64,000 bases of DNA from Alphaproteobacteria bacterium (lineage in GTDB: Bacteria; Pseudomonadota; Alphaproteobacteria; GM7ARS4; G965262615): NCBI GenBank assembly GCA_965262615.1, contig OZ253545.1, positions 256,001 to 320,000 of the forward strand. The letters are read 5' to 3'. The notes beneath the pieces are model-generated. The model was not told the origin of the DNA and did no database searches. It saw nothing but the letters and a program-made list of their open reading frames with translations. The translations under genes and the position numbers were made by a program. The stretch's first letter is position 1; every line of letters starts with the position of its first letter. Below, one piece after another: positions 1 through 11,500 of the stretch.

Positions 1-200
1 CCAGTATCAAATCCGAGCTGACCGCCATCAATGCCCGCCTTGCTGGACTGGAAGAAGGGATGAGCGACATCAAAAAATCCCTTGCGAGACTTGAAGAAAA
101 CCACGCGCGACTTGAAAAAAATCAACGCGCCATCATCCGACTGCTTGAAAGAATGGATAGGGAGTATCAAACTCGTCAAAAAATAGCCAATAGCTTGTAG
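1..200 (+). CDS. Partial (5'-truncated) hypothetical coiled-coil protein
   Basis: Frame from nt 3 reads SIKSELTAINARLAGLEEGMSDIKKSLARLEENHARLEKNQRAIIRLLERMDREYQTRQKIANSL then TAG at 198-200; heptad hydrophobic pattern. Confidence 0.6.
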   Translation, partial: SIKSELTAINARLAGLEEGMSDIKKSLARLEENHARLEKNQRAIIRLLERMDREYQTRQKIANSL

Positions 201-216
201 CCCACCAAACAAATCC

Positions 217-244
217 TTGCCTTTTGCGACAAATTCTTTATAGT
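217..244 (+). promoter_or_regulatory. Putative sigma70 promoter of ahcY (near-leaderless)
   Basis: TTGCCT-16bp-TATAGT ending 8 nt before ATG 253; no Shine-Dalgarno. Confidence 0.4.
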
Positions 245-252
245 GCCCGTTC

Positions 253-1545
253 ATGCCGGACAATGATTACAAAGTAGCGGACATCTCCCTCGCCCAGTGG
301 GGACGCCACGAAATCACCATCGCCGAGACCGAAATGCCCGGGCTCATGGCGTTGCGCGACCGCTACAAAAAAACCAAACCCCTCAAAGGCGCACGCATCA
401 CGGGATGCCTTCATATGACAATCCAAACCGCCGTGCTCATAGAAACGCTTATAGAGCTGGGGGCAACCATCCGCTGGAGTTCATGCAACATATTCTCCAC
501 GCAAGATCACGCCGCCGCCGCCATCGCCGCCAAAAATATTCCCGTCTTTGCATGGAAGGGTGAGACCGAAGACGAATACTGGTGGTGCATTGAGCAAACC
601 CTCGCATCACCGAACGGCTGGACTCCCAACATGCTGCTGGATGACGGCGGCGACCTCACCATCCATGTGCATGAAAAACACCCTCATCTTCTCAAAGACA
701 TCAAAGGATTGTCGGAGGAAACCACCACAGGGGTGATGCGTCTGCGAGAAATGCAAGCTGCCAAAACCCTCAAAGCCCCCGCGTTTGATGTCAATAACAG
801 CGTCACCAAATCCAAGTTTGATAACATCTACGGCTGTCGCGAAAGCCTCATTGATGGCATCAAGCGCGCCACTGATGTCATGCTGGGGGGCAAAACAGCC
901 GTGGTGTGCGGCTACGGCGAAGTGGGCAAAGGCTGCGCCGATTCTCTCAGAGGACAAGGCGCACGGGTGATTGTCACCGAAATAGACCCCATCTGCGCCC
1001 TGCAAGCGGTCATGAACGGCTACAATGTCAGCACCATGGATGAAGTCGCATCACACGCCGATATTTTCGTCACCGCCACAGGAAACTGCGATGTCATCAC
1101 CCTTGACCACATGCGCCACATGCGCGATCGCGCCATTGTTTGCAACATCGGACACTTTGACAGCGAAATTCAGGTGGCGGCACTGGAAAATATGCAATGG
1201 CAAGAGATCAAACCTCAGGTGGATGAAATCACCTTTCCCGATGGCAAAAAAATCATCCTGCTCGCCAAAGGACGCCTCGTCAATCTGGGCTGTGCCACAG
1301 GGCATCCCAGCTTTGTCATGAGCGCATCCTTCACCAATCAAGTGCTGGCACAAATTGAACTGTGGAACAACGCCCAAAACTACGCAAACAAAGTCTATGT
1401 TCTGCCGCGCATTTTGGACGAAGAAGTCGCCCACTTGCATTTGGAAAAAGTCGGCGCAAAGCTCACCGCGCTCAATAAAAAACAAGCCGATTATATCAAT
1501 GTGCCGCAAAAAGGCCCCTTCAAGGACGACCTCTACCGCTACTGA
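253..1545 (+). CDS. ahcY: Adenosylhomocysteinase
   Basis: Motifs [62 protein letters not shown]. Confidence 0.98.
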   Translation: MPDNDYKVADISLAQWGRHEITIAETEMPGLMALRDRYKKTKPLKGARITGCLHMTIQTAVLIETLIELGATIRWSSCNIFSTQDHAAAAIAAKNIPVFAWKGETEDEYWWCIEQTLASPNGWTPNMLLDDGGDLTIHVHEKHPHLLKDIKGLSEETTTGVMRLREMQAAKTLKAPAFDVNNSVTKSKFDNIYGCRESLIDGIKRATDVMLGGKTAVVCGYGEVGKGCADSLRGQGARVIVTEIDPICALQAVMNGYNVSTMDEVASHADIFVTATGNCDVITLDHMRHMRDRAIVCNIGHFDSEIQVAALENMQWQEIKPQVDEITFPDGKKIILLAKGRLVNLGCATGHPSFVMSASFTNQVLAQIELWNNAQNYANKVYVLPRILDEEVAHLHLEKVGAKLTALNKKQADYINVPQKGPFKDDLYRY

Positions 1546-2579
1546 TTACCCACTGATGACCCACCGGGCGCACCTTGCGTGGTGGAATAGACAAAACGCG
1601 GCGACTTGCCCTCAAACACAATGGGATACACCCCACGCGCCGCCAGAGCCCCTTCGGCAAAACCACTCAAAATGAGTTTGAGCTTGTTCTCATAAGTGGC
1701 AATATCACCAATGGCAAAAACGCCCGCTCGAGATGTCTCACAGCGTGTGGGCGATACTTCAATCATTCCGTCCTGCATGGACAGCCCCCACTCGCCGATG
1801 GGACCAGGGTCAGAGCGCAACCCAAAAAACGCCAGCATGGCATCACATGGAACGGTTTTGGTCTCGCCCTGCATGGTTTTCACCACCACGCCCGATAGTT
1901 TTCCCGTTTGCGTGTCCCCTTGCAGTGCGTCCAACACATAGGGGGTGATGAGGGTGAGCTTGCCGTCCGCATGAGCTTGTTCCATGCGCGCCACACTGTC
2001 GGGTGCGGCACGAAAACGAGCCCGCCGATGCACCACCGACACCGATGAGGCAATGTCCATGAGATCCAATGCCCAATCCACAGCGGAATCACCACCGCCC
2101 GCAATCAACACGGCGCGTCCCTTAAAAATACTTTTCTGCGGCACATGATAAAAAACACTGTGCTCCTCATAGTGAGCCAAACCCTCAAGAGGAGGCTTGT
2201 TAGGACCAAACGCACCCCCGCCCGCCGCAATAATCACCGCCGCCGCACCCACGGTGTCACCATTGGAAAGATGCAAACAAAAGCCCTTTTTGATGTCACC
2301 CTCCAGCTTCATCACGCGCGCCCCCAATGTTTTTTGCGGCTGATAGGGAGCGATTTGTTTCTCCAACTGAGCAATCAAATCCCCGCCACTAATCTGCGGA
2401 TAGGCGGGAATATCATAGATGGGCTTTTCGGGATACAAAGCGGAACATTGCCCGCCGGTCTCGTCCAGCGCATCAATGAGATGACACGCCATCCCCAACT
2501 GACCGCACTCAAAGACGGCAAACAAGCCCACAGGACCCGCGCCAATGATAGCAATAGATGGATGTTCCGAGTTCATCAA
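1539..2579 (-). CDS. Ferredoxin--NADP reductase (TrxB-like NAD(P)/FAD oxidoreductase)
   Basis: [54 protein letters not shown]; no CXXC. Confidence 0.92.
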   Translation of the reverse strand: MMNSEHPSIAIIGAGPVGLFAVFECGQLGMACHLIDALDETGGQCSALYPEKPIYDIPAYPQISGGDLIAQLEKQIAPYQPQKTLGARVMKLEGDIKKGFCLHLSNGDTVGAAAVIIAAGGGAFGPNKPPLEGLAHYEEHSVFYHVPQKSIFKGRAVLIAGGGDSAVDWALDLMDIASSVSVVHRRARFRAAPDSVARMEQAHADGKLTLITPYVLDALQGDTQTGKLSGVVVKTMQGETKTVPCDAMLAFFGLRSDPGPIGEWGLSMQDGMIEVSPTRCETSRAGVFAIGDIATYENKLKLILSGFAEGALAARGVYPIVFEGKSPRFVYSTTQGAPGGSSVGNQ

Positions 2580-2871
2580 TTCAATATGTAACGAAATGTA
2601 TCAATTTGCGAGAAAAATATCGTCAGACATAAAGGGCGAATTGTGACGATTTTTTAGTTATTAAACCTATCAAAAAATCTTTTCCTTCTTGCAAAACCAA
2701 TAGGCAACGCTAGAAACAGCTAGCCACACTAGTGGTAACAGCAAGAAATACACTTCCCTTTCTCATAGTGACCCCGCCTAAAAAACCCTGTAAAATCAAC
2801 ACACGGAGATTCAACTCTACACAAAAAAAAAACAAATGACAAGTCTTTTTGTATCAAGAATTTTGCGTATG

Positions 2872-2918
2872 ATACCACTTCTTGTGGGTTGCAAAATGAT
2901 AATTGGCTTATCTTGTGT
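2872..2918 (+). promoter_or_regulatory. Tandem NrdR boxes upstream of nrdJ
   Basis: ATACCACTTCTTGTGG (2872-2887) and TTGGCTTATCTTGTGT (2903-2918) share TCTTGTG 31 bp apart, matching the NrdR-box pattern and spacing; second box has a weak left half. Confidence 0.6.
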
Positions 2919-2978
2919 GTATCTTGTTCAAATGGCTGTTAACAAATGCCTATTGTCTGTTGATGGGCTGTTGATAAG

Positions 2979-5900
2979 ATGAAAATAAAACGATTGTTTA
3001 CGGAGAAAAATAAATCTCCCTATAATCACTTTGAATTTGACAAAGTGAATACCGAGATTCGCAATCGTGACGGCGGCATTGTGTTTAGCCAAAAATCCTT
3101 TGAAGCCCCGAGTCATTGGTCACAAAACGCCTGTGATATACTGGCTCACAAATACTTTCGCAAAAAAGGCGTTCCTGCCAAAACAACCGCCGTGCAGGAA
3201 CAAGACATTCCCGCATGGCTGAGCCGCCGCACACCTTCCGCCAAAACCACCTTTGGCGGCGAGACCAGTGCCAAACAAGTCTTTGACCGCATGGCAGGCA
3301 CATGGAGCTACTGGGGCATGAAAGGTGGCTATTTTGATTCCGAAGATGATGCCGCCGCCTTCTTTGACGAAATGCGTTTCATGCTGTGTGCGCAAATGGC
3401 TGCACCCAATTCTCCGCAGTGGTTCAACACCGGACTGCACTGGGCATACGGCATTGATGGGCCTCCGCAAGGACATTTCTATGTCGATGAAAACAATAAA
3501 ACCAACAAATTCGCGGTGAAAAAATCCACTTCTTCCTACGAGCGACCTCAGCCTCACGCCTGTTTCATTCAAAGCATTGATGATGACCTTGTCAATGAGG
3601 GGGGCATCATGGATTTGTGGGTGCGGGAGGCTCGTCTGTTCAAGTATGGCTCAGGCACGGGGACGAATTTCTCCAACCTGCGCGGCGGCGGTGAAAGTCT
3701 CTCGGGCGGCGGCAGTTCATCCGGCATGATGAGCTTTCTCAAGGTGGGTGATCGAGCGGCGGGTGCAATCAAATCGGGCGGCACGACGCGGCGCGCCGCC
3801 AAAATGGTCTGTGTGGATGCCGACCACCCCGACATTGAGGAATTCATTCATTGGAAATCCACCGAAGAGCTCAAAGTGGCATCTTTGGTGGCAGGCTCGC
3901 ACACCGTCAAAAAGCATCTCTCCGCTATCTTTGACAGCTGCTTGCAATTCAACGCCTCAAAGCAAAAACAAAACGATGCCTATGACATCACCATCAACAA
4001 GGGACTGAAAAAAGCCGTTGCCGATGCCCGCCGCGCCATGGTGCCCGATGGCGCAGTGGATCGCGTCATTCAATACGCCAAACAAGGACAAACCCAATTA
4101 GACCTGCCCCTCTATGACACCGACTGGGATTCCGAATCCTATCGCACCGTCTCTGGACAAAATGCCAACAATTCGGTGCGCCTCAGCGACGACTTCATTC
4201 ACGCCGTCAATCAAAATGATGACTGGCTTTTGAAAAATCGTGTGGGTGGTGAGACAAAAACTATTTCGGCGCGTCACCTGTGGGATGATATTGCTCGCGC
4301 CGCATGGACATCCGCCGATCCGGGTGTGCAATTTGACACCACCATCAACGATTGGCACTGCTGTCCTGCGGGTGGGCCCATTCGTGCGTCCAATCCCTGT
4401 TCGGAATACATGTTTTTGGATGACACCGCGTGCAATCTGGCATCCCTCAATCTGATGGCGTTTCAAAAGGGCGATGGTGGCTTGAACATTCCGTCTTTTT
4501 GTCATGCGGTTCGTTTGTGGACTTATGTTCTGGAGATATCGGTTTTCATGGCGCAGTATCCGTCCGAGCGCATTGCCCAGTTATCCTATGAGTATCGCAC
4601 TTTGGGCTTGGGTTTTGCTCATTTGGGCGGCTTTTTGATGGCGGCGGCTCTGCCCTACGACAGTGACGAAGGACGCGCCACCGCCGCCGCGATCAGTGCC
4701 CTCATGACCGCCACCAGCTATCACGCCAGCAGTCAAATGGCAAAAGAAATGGGAGCTTTTGTGCAGTTTGACAATAATCGCGATGCCATGCTGCGCGTCA
4801 TTGCCAATCATCGGCGCGCCGCGCACGGCAAAACTGACGGCTATGACCAGCTCTCTAAAAATCCAATGCCCTTGCGTAAGGAGCACTGTCCGTGGCAGGA
4901 CATTCCCGAAGCCGCCGCCAAAGCATGGCATGATGCCCTTGAGGAAGGAAAGCGTTACGGCTATCGCAACGCTCAAACCACCGTCATCGCGCCCACAGGC
5001 ACCATCGGCATCGTCATGGATTGCGACACCACAGGCGTTGAACCGGATTTTGCCCTGGTCAAACACAAACAACTGGCAGGGGGCGGCTCAATGCGTATGA
5101 TCAATCGTGCCACCGACTTGGCTCTTGCCCGCATGGGATACAATGAACGGCAACGCCAAGAAATCAAAAACTTCATGGTGGGACATGGATCCCTTCGCAA
5201 TGCTCCCGTCATCAATCATGATAGCCTTCAACAAAAGGGATTGAGCAAGGCACAAATTAAATCTTTGGAGAGAAGATTGGAAAACGCATTTCACATCAGT
5301 GCGGCGTTTCACCCCGCTTTGCTGGGTAAAAAATTCTGCGTTCAACAACTGGGTATGAGCGAAGAACGGCTGAATGACCCCCATCTGTCCTTATTGCACG
5401 AAATGGGATTCTCCAACAATGATATTCGCCTTGCCAATGATTACTGCTGTGGCAAAGGCACCATTGAGGGCGCACCTCACATCAAAGAATCCCATTATGC
5501 CGTGTTTGACTGCGCCAATCGCTGCGGCGAATATGGCACACGATTCCTATCTCCCGAAAGTCACATTCGCATGATGGCGGCGGTGCAGCCGTTTATCAGT
5601 GGTGCCATTTCCAAAACCGTCAATATGCCCAAAGACGCCACCATTGAGGATTGCAAACAGGCTTATTTCTTATCGTGGGAACTGGGAGTCAAAGCCAACG
5701 CCCTCTATCGTGATGGCAGCAAGCTCTCACAACCGCTCAGTGCCGAATTTGCGACCCCTCATGATTTAGACGAAGAAGAACCAACGGCTTCAATACCCAG
5801 ACTCATCCCTCTGGGCAAACGCAAAAAACTCCCCGAAAAGCGGAATGGTTACACGCAAAAAGTCACCATTGATGGGCATAAACTCTACCTGCGCACGGGA

Positions 5901-6476
5901 GAATACGAAGACGAATCTCTTGGCGAAATTTTTATTGACATGCATAAAGAAGGCACAGCATTTCGCAGTCTGATGAATAATTTTGCCATTGCCATTTCCT
6001 TGGGATTACAATACGGCGTCCCTCTTGAGGAATTTGTGAATGCCTTTGTTTTCACTCGCTTTGAGCCCAATGGCATGGTTCAGGGCAATAAACAGATCAA
6101 AATGTCCACATCCGTTGCCGACTATATCTTTAGAGATCTTGCCATTCACTACTTGAATCGCTCCGACTTGGCGCATGTGACCGATGACGATTTGCTTCCT
6201 AGTCAAATCGGTAAGGGGGAAGAAGCAGAAAGCTTGCCTGAACAAGATGCACCAGATGAGACTTTGCAAGAGACGCAAGAGCAACCTCATCTTCAATTGG
6301 TGAAGGATGAGGCTCATTCTTCATCTTTCCAATTTTCTCAATTAGACCCTACAACAGTTGCTCGTCAAAGGGGTTATACGGGCGATATGTGTCCCTCCTG
6401 TGGCAATTTTACCCTCGTGCGCAACGGCACATGTTTGAAATGCATGACCTGTGGCGACACCAGCGGCTGTAGTTGA
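2979..6476 (+). CDS. nrdJ: Vitamin B12-dependent class II ribonucleotide reductase
   Basis: [42 protein letters not shown]-terminal TSCPD region and CPSCG...CMTCG zinc ribbon. Confidence 0.97.
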   Translation: MKIKRLFTEKNKSPYNHFEFDKVNTEIRNRDGGIVFSQKSFEAPSHWSQNACDILAHKYFRKKGVPAKTTAVQEQDIPAWLSRRTPSAKTTFGGETSAKQVFDRMAGTWSYWGMKGGYFDSEDDAAAFFDEMRFMLCAQMAAPNSPQWFNTGLHWAYGIDGPPQGHFYVDENNKTNKFAVKKSTSSYERPQPHACFIQSIDDDLVNEGGIMDLWVREARLFKYGSGTGTNFSNLRGGGESLSGGGSSSGMMSFLKVGDRAAGAIKSGGTTRRAAKMVCVDADHPDIEEFIHWKSTEELKVASLVAGSHTVKKHLSAIFDSCLQFNASKQKQNDAYDITINKGLKKAVADARRAMVPDGAVDRVIQYAKQGQTQLDLPLYDTDWDSESYRTVSGQNANNSVRLSDDFIHAVNQNDDWLLKNRVGGETKTISARHLWDDIARAAWTSADPGVQFDTTINDWHCCPAGGPIRASNPCSEYMFLDDTACNLASLNLMAFQKGDGGLNIPSFCHAVRLWTYVLEISVFMAQYPSERIAQLSYEYRTLGLGFAHLGGFLMAAALPYDSDEGRATAAAISALMTATSYHASSQMAKEMGAFVQFDNNRDAMLRVIANHRRAAHGKTDGYDQLSKNPMPLRKEHCPWQDIPEAAAKAWHDALEEGKRYGYRNAQTTVIAPTGTIGIVMDCDTTGVEPDFALVKHKQLAGGGSMRMINRATDLALARMGYNERQRQEIKNFMVGHGSLRNAPVINHDSLQQKGLSKAQIKSLERRLENAFHISAAFHPALLGKKFCVQQLGMSEERLNDPHLSLLHEMGFSNNDIRLANDYCCGKGTIEGAPHIKESHYAVFDCANRCGEYGTRFLSPESHIRMMAAVQPFISGAISKTVNMPKDATIEDCKQAYFLSWELGVKANALYRDGSKLSQPLSAEFATPHDLDEEEPTASIPRLIPLGKRKKLPEKRNGYTQKVTIDGHKLYLRTGEYEDESLGEIFIDMHKEGTAFRSLMNNFAIAISLGLQYGVPLEEFVNAFVFTRFEPNGMVQGNKQIKMSTSVADYIFRDLAIHYLNRSDLAHVTDDDLLPSQIGKGEEAESLPEQDAPDETLQETQEQPHLQLVKDEAHSSSFQFSQLDPTTVARQRGYTGDMCPSCGNFTLVRNGTCLKCMTCGDTSGCS

Positions 6477-6949
6477 TGGCATCCACTTTTTTGCAACAAA
6501 AGGCGGCGGCACAAGGAATTGTTCTGCCGCCTGTGGCAAAGGCTGCCGCCCGTTACGCTCCTTATTGTGTGGCAAACGGTTGCGTCATGGTGTCTGGGCA
6601 ATTGCCTCTGCACAATGGGAAGATTGCTCACAGCGGACGCTGTGGAGATGGTGTCACCCTTGATGATGGCATTGCGGCGGCGCAATTGTGTGTGCTGAAT
6701 GTCCTCGCCCAATTGGATGATGCCATTCTCACCCATCGGTTAGCTTCATTGCGTCTTGTTTTTGTGCGTGGCTTTGTGGCATCCCACCCCGACTTTCACG
6801 AGCAACATTTGGTGATGAATGGTGCATCAGAAATGCTGGGGCGATTCTTTGATGAGCCTCACGCACGGGCGGCGGTGGGAGTCTCATCTCTGCCGCTCAA
6901 CGCCTCGGTGGAGGTGGAAGCCGTTGCTTCACACCAACCGATTGATTAG
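6473..6949 (+). CDS. RidA/YjgF family protein
   Basis: [37 protein letters not shown]. Confidence 0.9.
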   Translation: MMASTFLQQKAAAQGIVLPPVAKAAARYAPYCVANGCVMVSGQLPLHNGKIAHSGRCGDGVTLDDGIAAAQLCVLNVLAQLDDAILTHRLASLRLVFVRGFVASHPDFHEQHLVMNGASEMLGRFFDEPHARAAVGVSSLPLNASVEVEAVASHQPID

Positions 6950-8514
6950 AAGGACATCTTGAAGGTTGCCGAATGGCTTCGGGTATCGCCACCCAGTCCA
7001 TAGACTCCTTCATAATCCAGCGATCCCGTCAGATCATCATCGGCAAACAAAACCACACCCGTTGCAAAGTCAATGAAGAAGTCTTCCATAGAATCCCTAT
7101 AGGTCATCGTGCCGACATTTTCACCGGCAAAGCGTGACTCAATATCAATATCGTCACTGCCACTGACAACATAGGTCATGCCGACTCGCACCAGAGGCTT
7201 GATTCCCGTCCGTCCCGAATAGTGATAATCGCCGCCCACCAAGAATCCTCCATGCAAACTGGCAAAGGTGGTTGTGTGATCCACCACATCAAGCGTAAAT
7301 GGTGCGGTGCTGCTGTGTCTCACCTTGACCGATTCGGTCACATTCCTCATATGCACCTGCATGATGCTGGCACCAGCATTGGGCTCAAAATAGAAATCGG
7401 GTGATTGGATGCGATAAGAGATCTGTCCATGAACGCCGTAGTTGAGGAAAAGAGGTCTCGATTCCACTTCAGCACCCCCAAAGGTTTCTCTGCGCAGATT
7501 GTGGGTGGTCACACTCATGGTGACACCACCGCCTGCTTTGAGTCCTTTGTGATCCGTCATGCCATGTTGATTGTAGTATCCTGCGGCAGCAAACAAGAAG
7601 CGGTGTCCGTCACTCTCGCCACCCAGTTTATTTTCATGACGCAAGAAACTGTAGCCGCCACCCAATGAAAGATTCACTTTAGGCATCACCGAAACATTCC
7701 AGAAGGCGGCAAGGTTGATGGGCGAATCTTCATTAAAACCGATGCCATCCTTGCTGTCTTTGCGGATATAAGACCCCCACAAGGCAGAGCGGCGACACTC
7801 AGTGACTCCATCTCGGCGTTGCATTTGGAAGGATTGGCGGTTTTTGTCACCGGTCATGTAATCTTCACCACACGATTGGTTGAGAATTTGGTGAGCAAAC
7901 TTGCGGTCTGCCAGCCAGCTGGATTGCACCAGCGAGCCGTAAATGGGAGCGGCAACCCGATCAAGAGCATCACCAATGGATTGCGCATCATCAAAATTAG
8001 CCACAACATCAAGCAAATCATCAAACACTTTGGTGTCATCGCTGCTCACAAGAGCTTCTTGAAGAGCCGTGGCAATGGCTCGTTGTCTTTGATTAAGAGC
8101 ATCGTCTCCAGCCAAAGTGGTGAAGCCACGACGAACAAGAGAACTCAGCGTGGTGGCTTCATTAAAGGAACTGGACGAACTCGTGCCCGTGTATTGATAT
8201 GTCCTTGAACCAACCGTGACGAAAATGGCGGCTTTTTCAAGAATTCTTCTGACAATCGTCCCACTGTCATTTGTGCCAGCATCCGAGCCATCACTATTTT
8301 TGATCGTCAATTGACTGCTGCCATTGGCGATGAGTCCATTGGAGAAGGTGATGGTGTTGGTGTTTGCAAATTCCCCTGCAGTCCCTGATGACGCTTCCAA
8401 GCGAACATAGAGTTGTGTCCCTGCCTCAATGGTGACATTGGTGCCGGCATCACCAATGAGAATGCCAGCTACCGGTGAAATTGCCATCAGCGGAGAAAGT
8501 GCCACCGACGACAA
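6946..8514 (-). CDS. Giant autotransporter, C-terminal fragment (linker plus beta-barrel domain)
   Basis: Helical linker (NQRQRAIATALQ...DALDRVA) followed by amphipathic beta strands, ending HSATFKMSF with terminal Phe; continues the 5045-aa ORF across a +1 indel near 8472. Confidence 0.85.
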   Translation of the reverse strand: MSSVALSPLMAISPVAGILIGDAGTNVTIEAGTQLYVRLEASSGTAGEFANTNTITFSNGLIANGSSQLTIKNSDGSDAGTNDSGTIVRRILEKAAIFVTVGSRTYQYTGTSSSSSFNEATTLSSLVRRGFTTLAGDDALNQRQRAIATALQEALVSSDDTKVFDDLLDVVANFDDAQSIGDALDRVAAPIYGSLVQSSWLADRKFAHQILNQSCGEDYMTGDKNRQSFQMQRRDGVTECRRSALWGSYIRKDSKDGIGFNEDSPINLAAFWNVSVMPKVNLSLGGGYSFLRHENKLGGESDGHRFLFAAAGYYNQHGMTDHKGLKAGGGVTMSVTTHNLRRETFGGAEVESRPLFLNYGVHGQISYRIQSPDFYFEPNAGASIMQVHMRNVTESVKVRHSSTAPFTLDVVDHTTTFASLHGGFLVGGDYHYSGRTGIKPLVRVGMTYVVSGSDDIDIESRFAGENVGTMTYRDSMEDFFIDFATGVVLFADDDLTGSLDYEGVYGLGGDTRSHSATFKMSF

Positions 8515-11500
8515 TCTCTAATGTGGAGCCACTTTTGACATTGAAATTTTCGAGCCCCGACAATGATGCTTTGCCCATATTGAGATGTCCCGAAACATTG
8601 ACGGTGTCATTGCCATCGCCAAAGTTAGAATCGGAAATATTAATGCGTCCGCCCGCAGACACATTGATGGTGTCATCGCCGGCTCCTGTGGAAAATCCTC
8701 CCGTTGCCGTATTGCCGCTATATTCGGTATAGGTGACATCGCCACCACCTGTGACTCTGAGAATATCCCCTTCGGTGGAGATTCTTCCAATATTGTACAC
8801 GGTGATATTTCCTGTGTTGGCACTGCCGCCAATATAAATGGCATGGGAATTCGCTCCAGCAAGATTGATCGTTCCACTATTGGTGACGGTGACATCGCCC
8901 TCTCCAGGGATGACCACATTGATGCCACGATGATCATTGCCGCTGGTGGTGAAAACAAACCCGAGATCCCCGCTGTTGGTGATGATGACATCGCCATCTC
9001 CTCCCGCTTCAACATGCATGGCAGTGAGGGAAGAGTTGGTGGAATTAAAGTACAAATTAGCACCATTATTGATGGTCACCGCCTGCTGAGACTTGACGAA
9101 AAGAGCCGAGCGACCCGCTCCATTGACAAAAACATTGCGCTTGACACCACCGATCATGAGATTGACCGTGAGATCACCCGTCACCCTACTATTACTGTCA
9201 GCACCATTAATCTCAATACCATGACGACTGCCCGTGGTGTTAATGTTGCCACTGAAGTTGTTCAGATTAATGGAAAGGCTTCCTTGATAGGGATGACGCT
9301 GAGGCTCAGCAGGGTCATCACTGATGTATCTGAGGAATATTTTCCTAAAATCAATACCCGCTTGGCTCAATTGGGTTCGATCGCCGAGAGAACAACCGAT
9401 GGCATTGCGAGCCAAACTGCAGCTGAGACTTGTGGGTTCTGGAGGAACATCGGTGAGTCCCGTCCATGCCAGAGTGATGGACTTGGCATCGTTTGGATCT
9501 CTCACCAAAGTGAAACTCTCAACGCCGTACTCAAGCCTTCCATCATGACTTCTAAAGACGACATCAACAGAGGACAATGAATTGGAAGAGTCGGTGAGAG
9601 TCGCCGCCGTGATGAAAGTAAAAGCCGTCTGCGTGTGCGGATTTGTCAAATCAAATCCCACAGGCAGTCTGATTTCAATGGCGAAGGCTCTTTGGATATC
9701 CAATGTGCCGTCCAAAGTGAGAACTGTTTCAAAGGCATTTTCTTTGCGCTCAAGGAAGAAACGCAGAGTTGCGCCCGCATTGACGGTGAATGTCTCCAGC
9801 CCCGTAATCGCCACCTCATGGGATGCCCGGTTGGCACTGCCAATACTGAACACGCCATTATTGACGGTGAGAGAGTCATTTGTGCCGGCACCAGCCTTAA
9901 TGCCCCCCGTGACAATGCTGTTGTTCCCGATGGTGATTGCCACATCCCCTGCAAAATCGGTGGAATCAAGGATATATTCAGCATCCACGGTGCCGCCGTC
10001 AAAATTGATGGTGGTATTGTCATCGGTGTGCCCGCCTCCCAATTTGATGGCGGTCACCTTGCCTGAACCGAGAATGTATCCCCTGTTGGTGATGTCCAGA
10101 TCTTTGTCATTGTCGTCATTGTCGGCACTGGTGGGTGACATCACCTTAATGCCGTAGGACGCACTGTCTGACGAGGACGCAACACGAATAATTCCACTAT
10201 TGGTGATGGAAATATTACCAAAAGCCGTCTGAGCCAGAATCCCCACATGGGAGTCACCGCAATCACTGGTGCATGCTGCGGTCAAGCCGATGGTGGCACT
10301 GTTGGAAATGGTGACATGCCCTGCTGCAATCGCATTAGCCCGAATTCCGTGGAACGACTTGCTGTCGGCTTTGATATTTGTAAAGAGCAAATCTCCCTGG
10401 TTATCAATGGTAATGTCACCATACTCCGTGTAAGAACCGACACTGCTGCTGCCACGGGGAACGACACGAGTCCCTTCTGACACAACGAACATGGCAGCTT
10501 TATTGTTTGCCCCCACATAGACGGCTTGTTTAGCTGCATTGCTGGTATTGGTTTGATTATTGACGGTGATATGTCCTGTCACCTGAGACGGGGGGAGGTC
10601 GAACACGGAGGACTGCGTGTCGTTAACACTTCTCGTACTGCCATTAATGTTGATGCCATGCCCTGAGCCGTTCTCATTGATGGGTCGCCCGAGATTATCA
10701 AAAGAGATGATGAGATAACCATCAAACACACGACTGGAGGGATTGCTGGTATTTTGCAAAATAGCACCCAAATCAATTCCGACATTACTCAAGAAAGATG
10801 ACGCGGACCCACAGCTGATGGTCGCCTGCGGGGCGGTGCGGGGATTAGTCGCGGGGTCTCTCCTCACTGCGACAGTTTGTTGTGTTCTTTGACAGGTCAA
10901 TCCGTCTTCAATTGTCAGATTAGCCACTTCTGCCAAACGGATGACATCGTAGGTTCGGTACGCGCTTATTTCATTGCGATTGTTGTTATTCAGGCGCGTT
11001 TGGACTCCGTATGTCAATCTTGCTTTTTCAAGGGAGAAAGTTCCCGTGTAAATATAGCCATTTTGATTGACAACGATGCGTCCCGCCATCAGATTCAAAA
11101 GGGCATCACTCACAGTAATTGTGGGAGCTTGAATCAACACATATTCATCCTCAAAGAATTCGGCAAAGACAGTGCCTGCCACAAAAAGCTCAAGGACGGG
11201 GGCATCACTTGCGTTCGTTCCATTGAATGCAAGATTGTAATCAAACGCCCGGAAGAAGGATGATGCATTCCCCGTTCCCGTATGGAAGAGACGCAAGGTA
11301 CTGCCGGCATTGATGTTGAAGGTCTCCAAACCAGAGAATCTGAGGCTCGTGCCGGGCGTTTTTTCAGAGCCCAGTGTGAGTCTTCCGCCACTGTTAACAT
11401 TGAGGGTGTCCGTTCCTGTGCCGGCGGTGAGGTGGTCGGTGATTTGCAATGTTCCGCCCGAGACGGTGATGGTATCATTGCCACTGCCAAAATGGATACT

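Noticed and set aside
253-1545. Genome-wide reassignment of GCG to Leu
   Set aside because: GCG occupies conserved Ala positions in AhcY (349-351, 781-783).
2580-2978. Cobalamin riboswitch upstream of nrdJ
   Set aside because: AT-rich region without recognisable B12-box elements; NrdR boxes explain the visible motifs.
2979-6476. Intein in NrdJ
   Set aside because: No intein splice-junction or homing endonuclease motifs seen; length fits alphaproteobacterial NrdJ.
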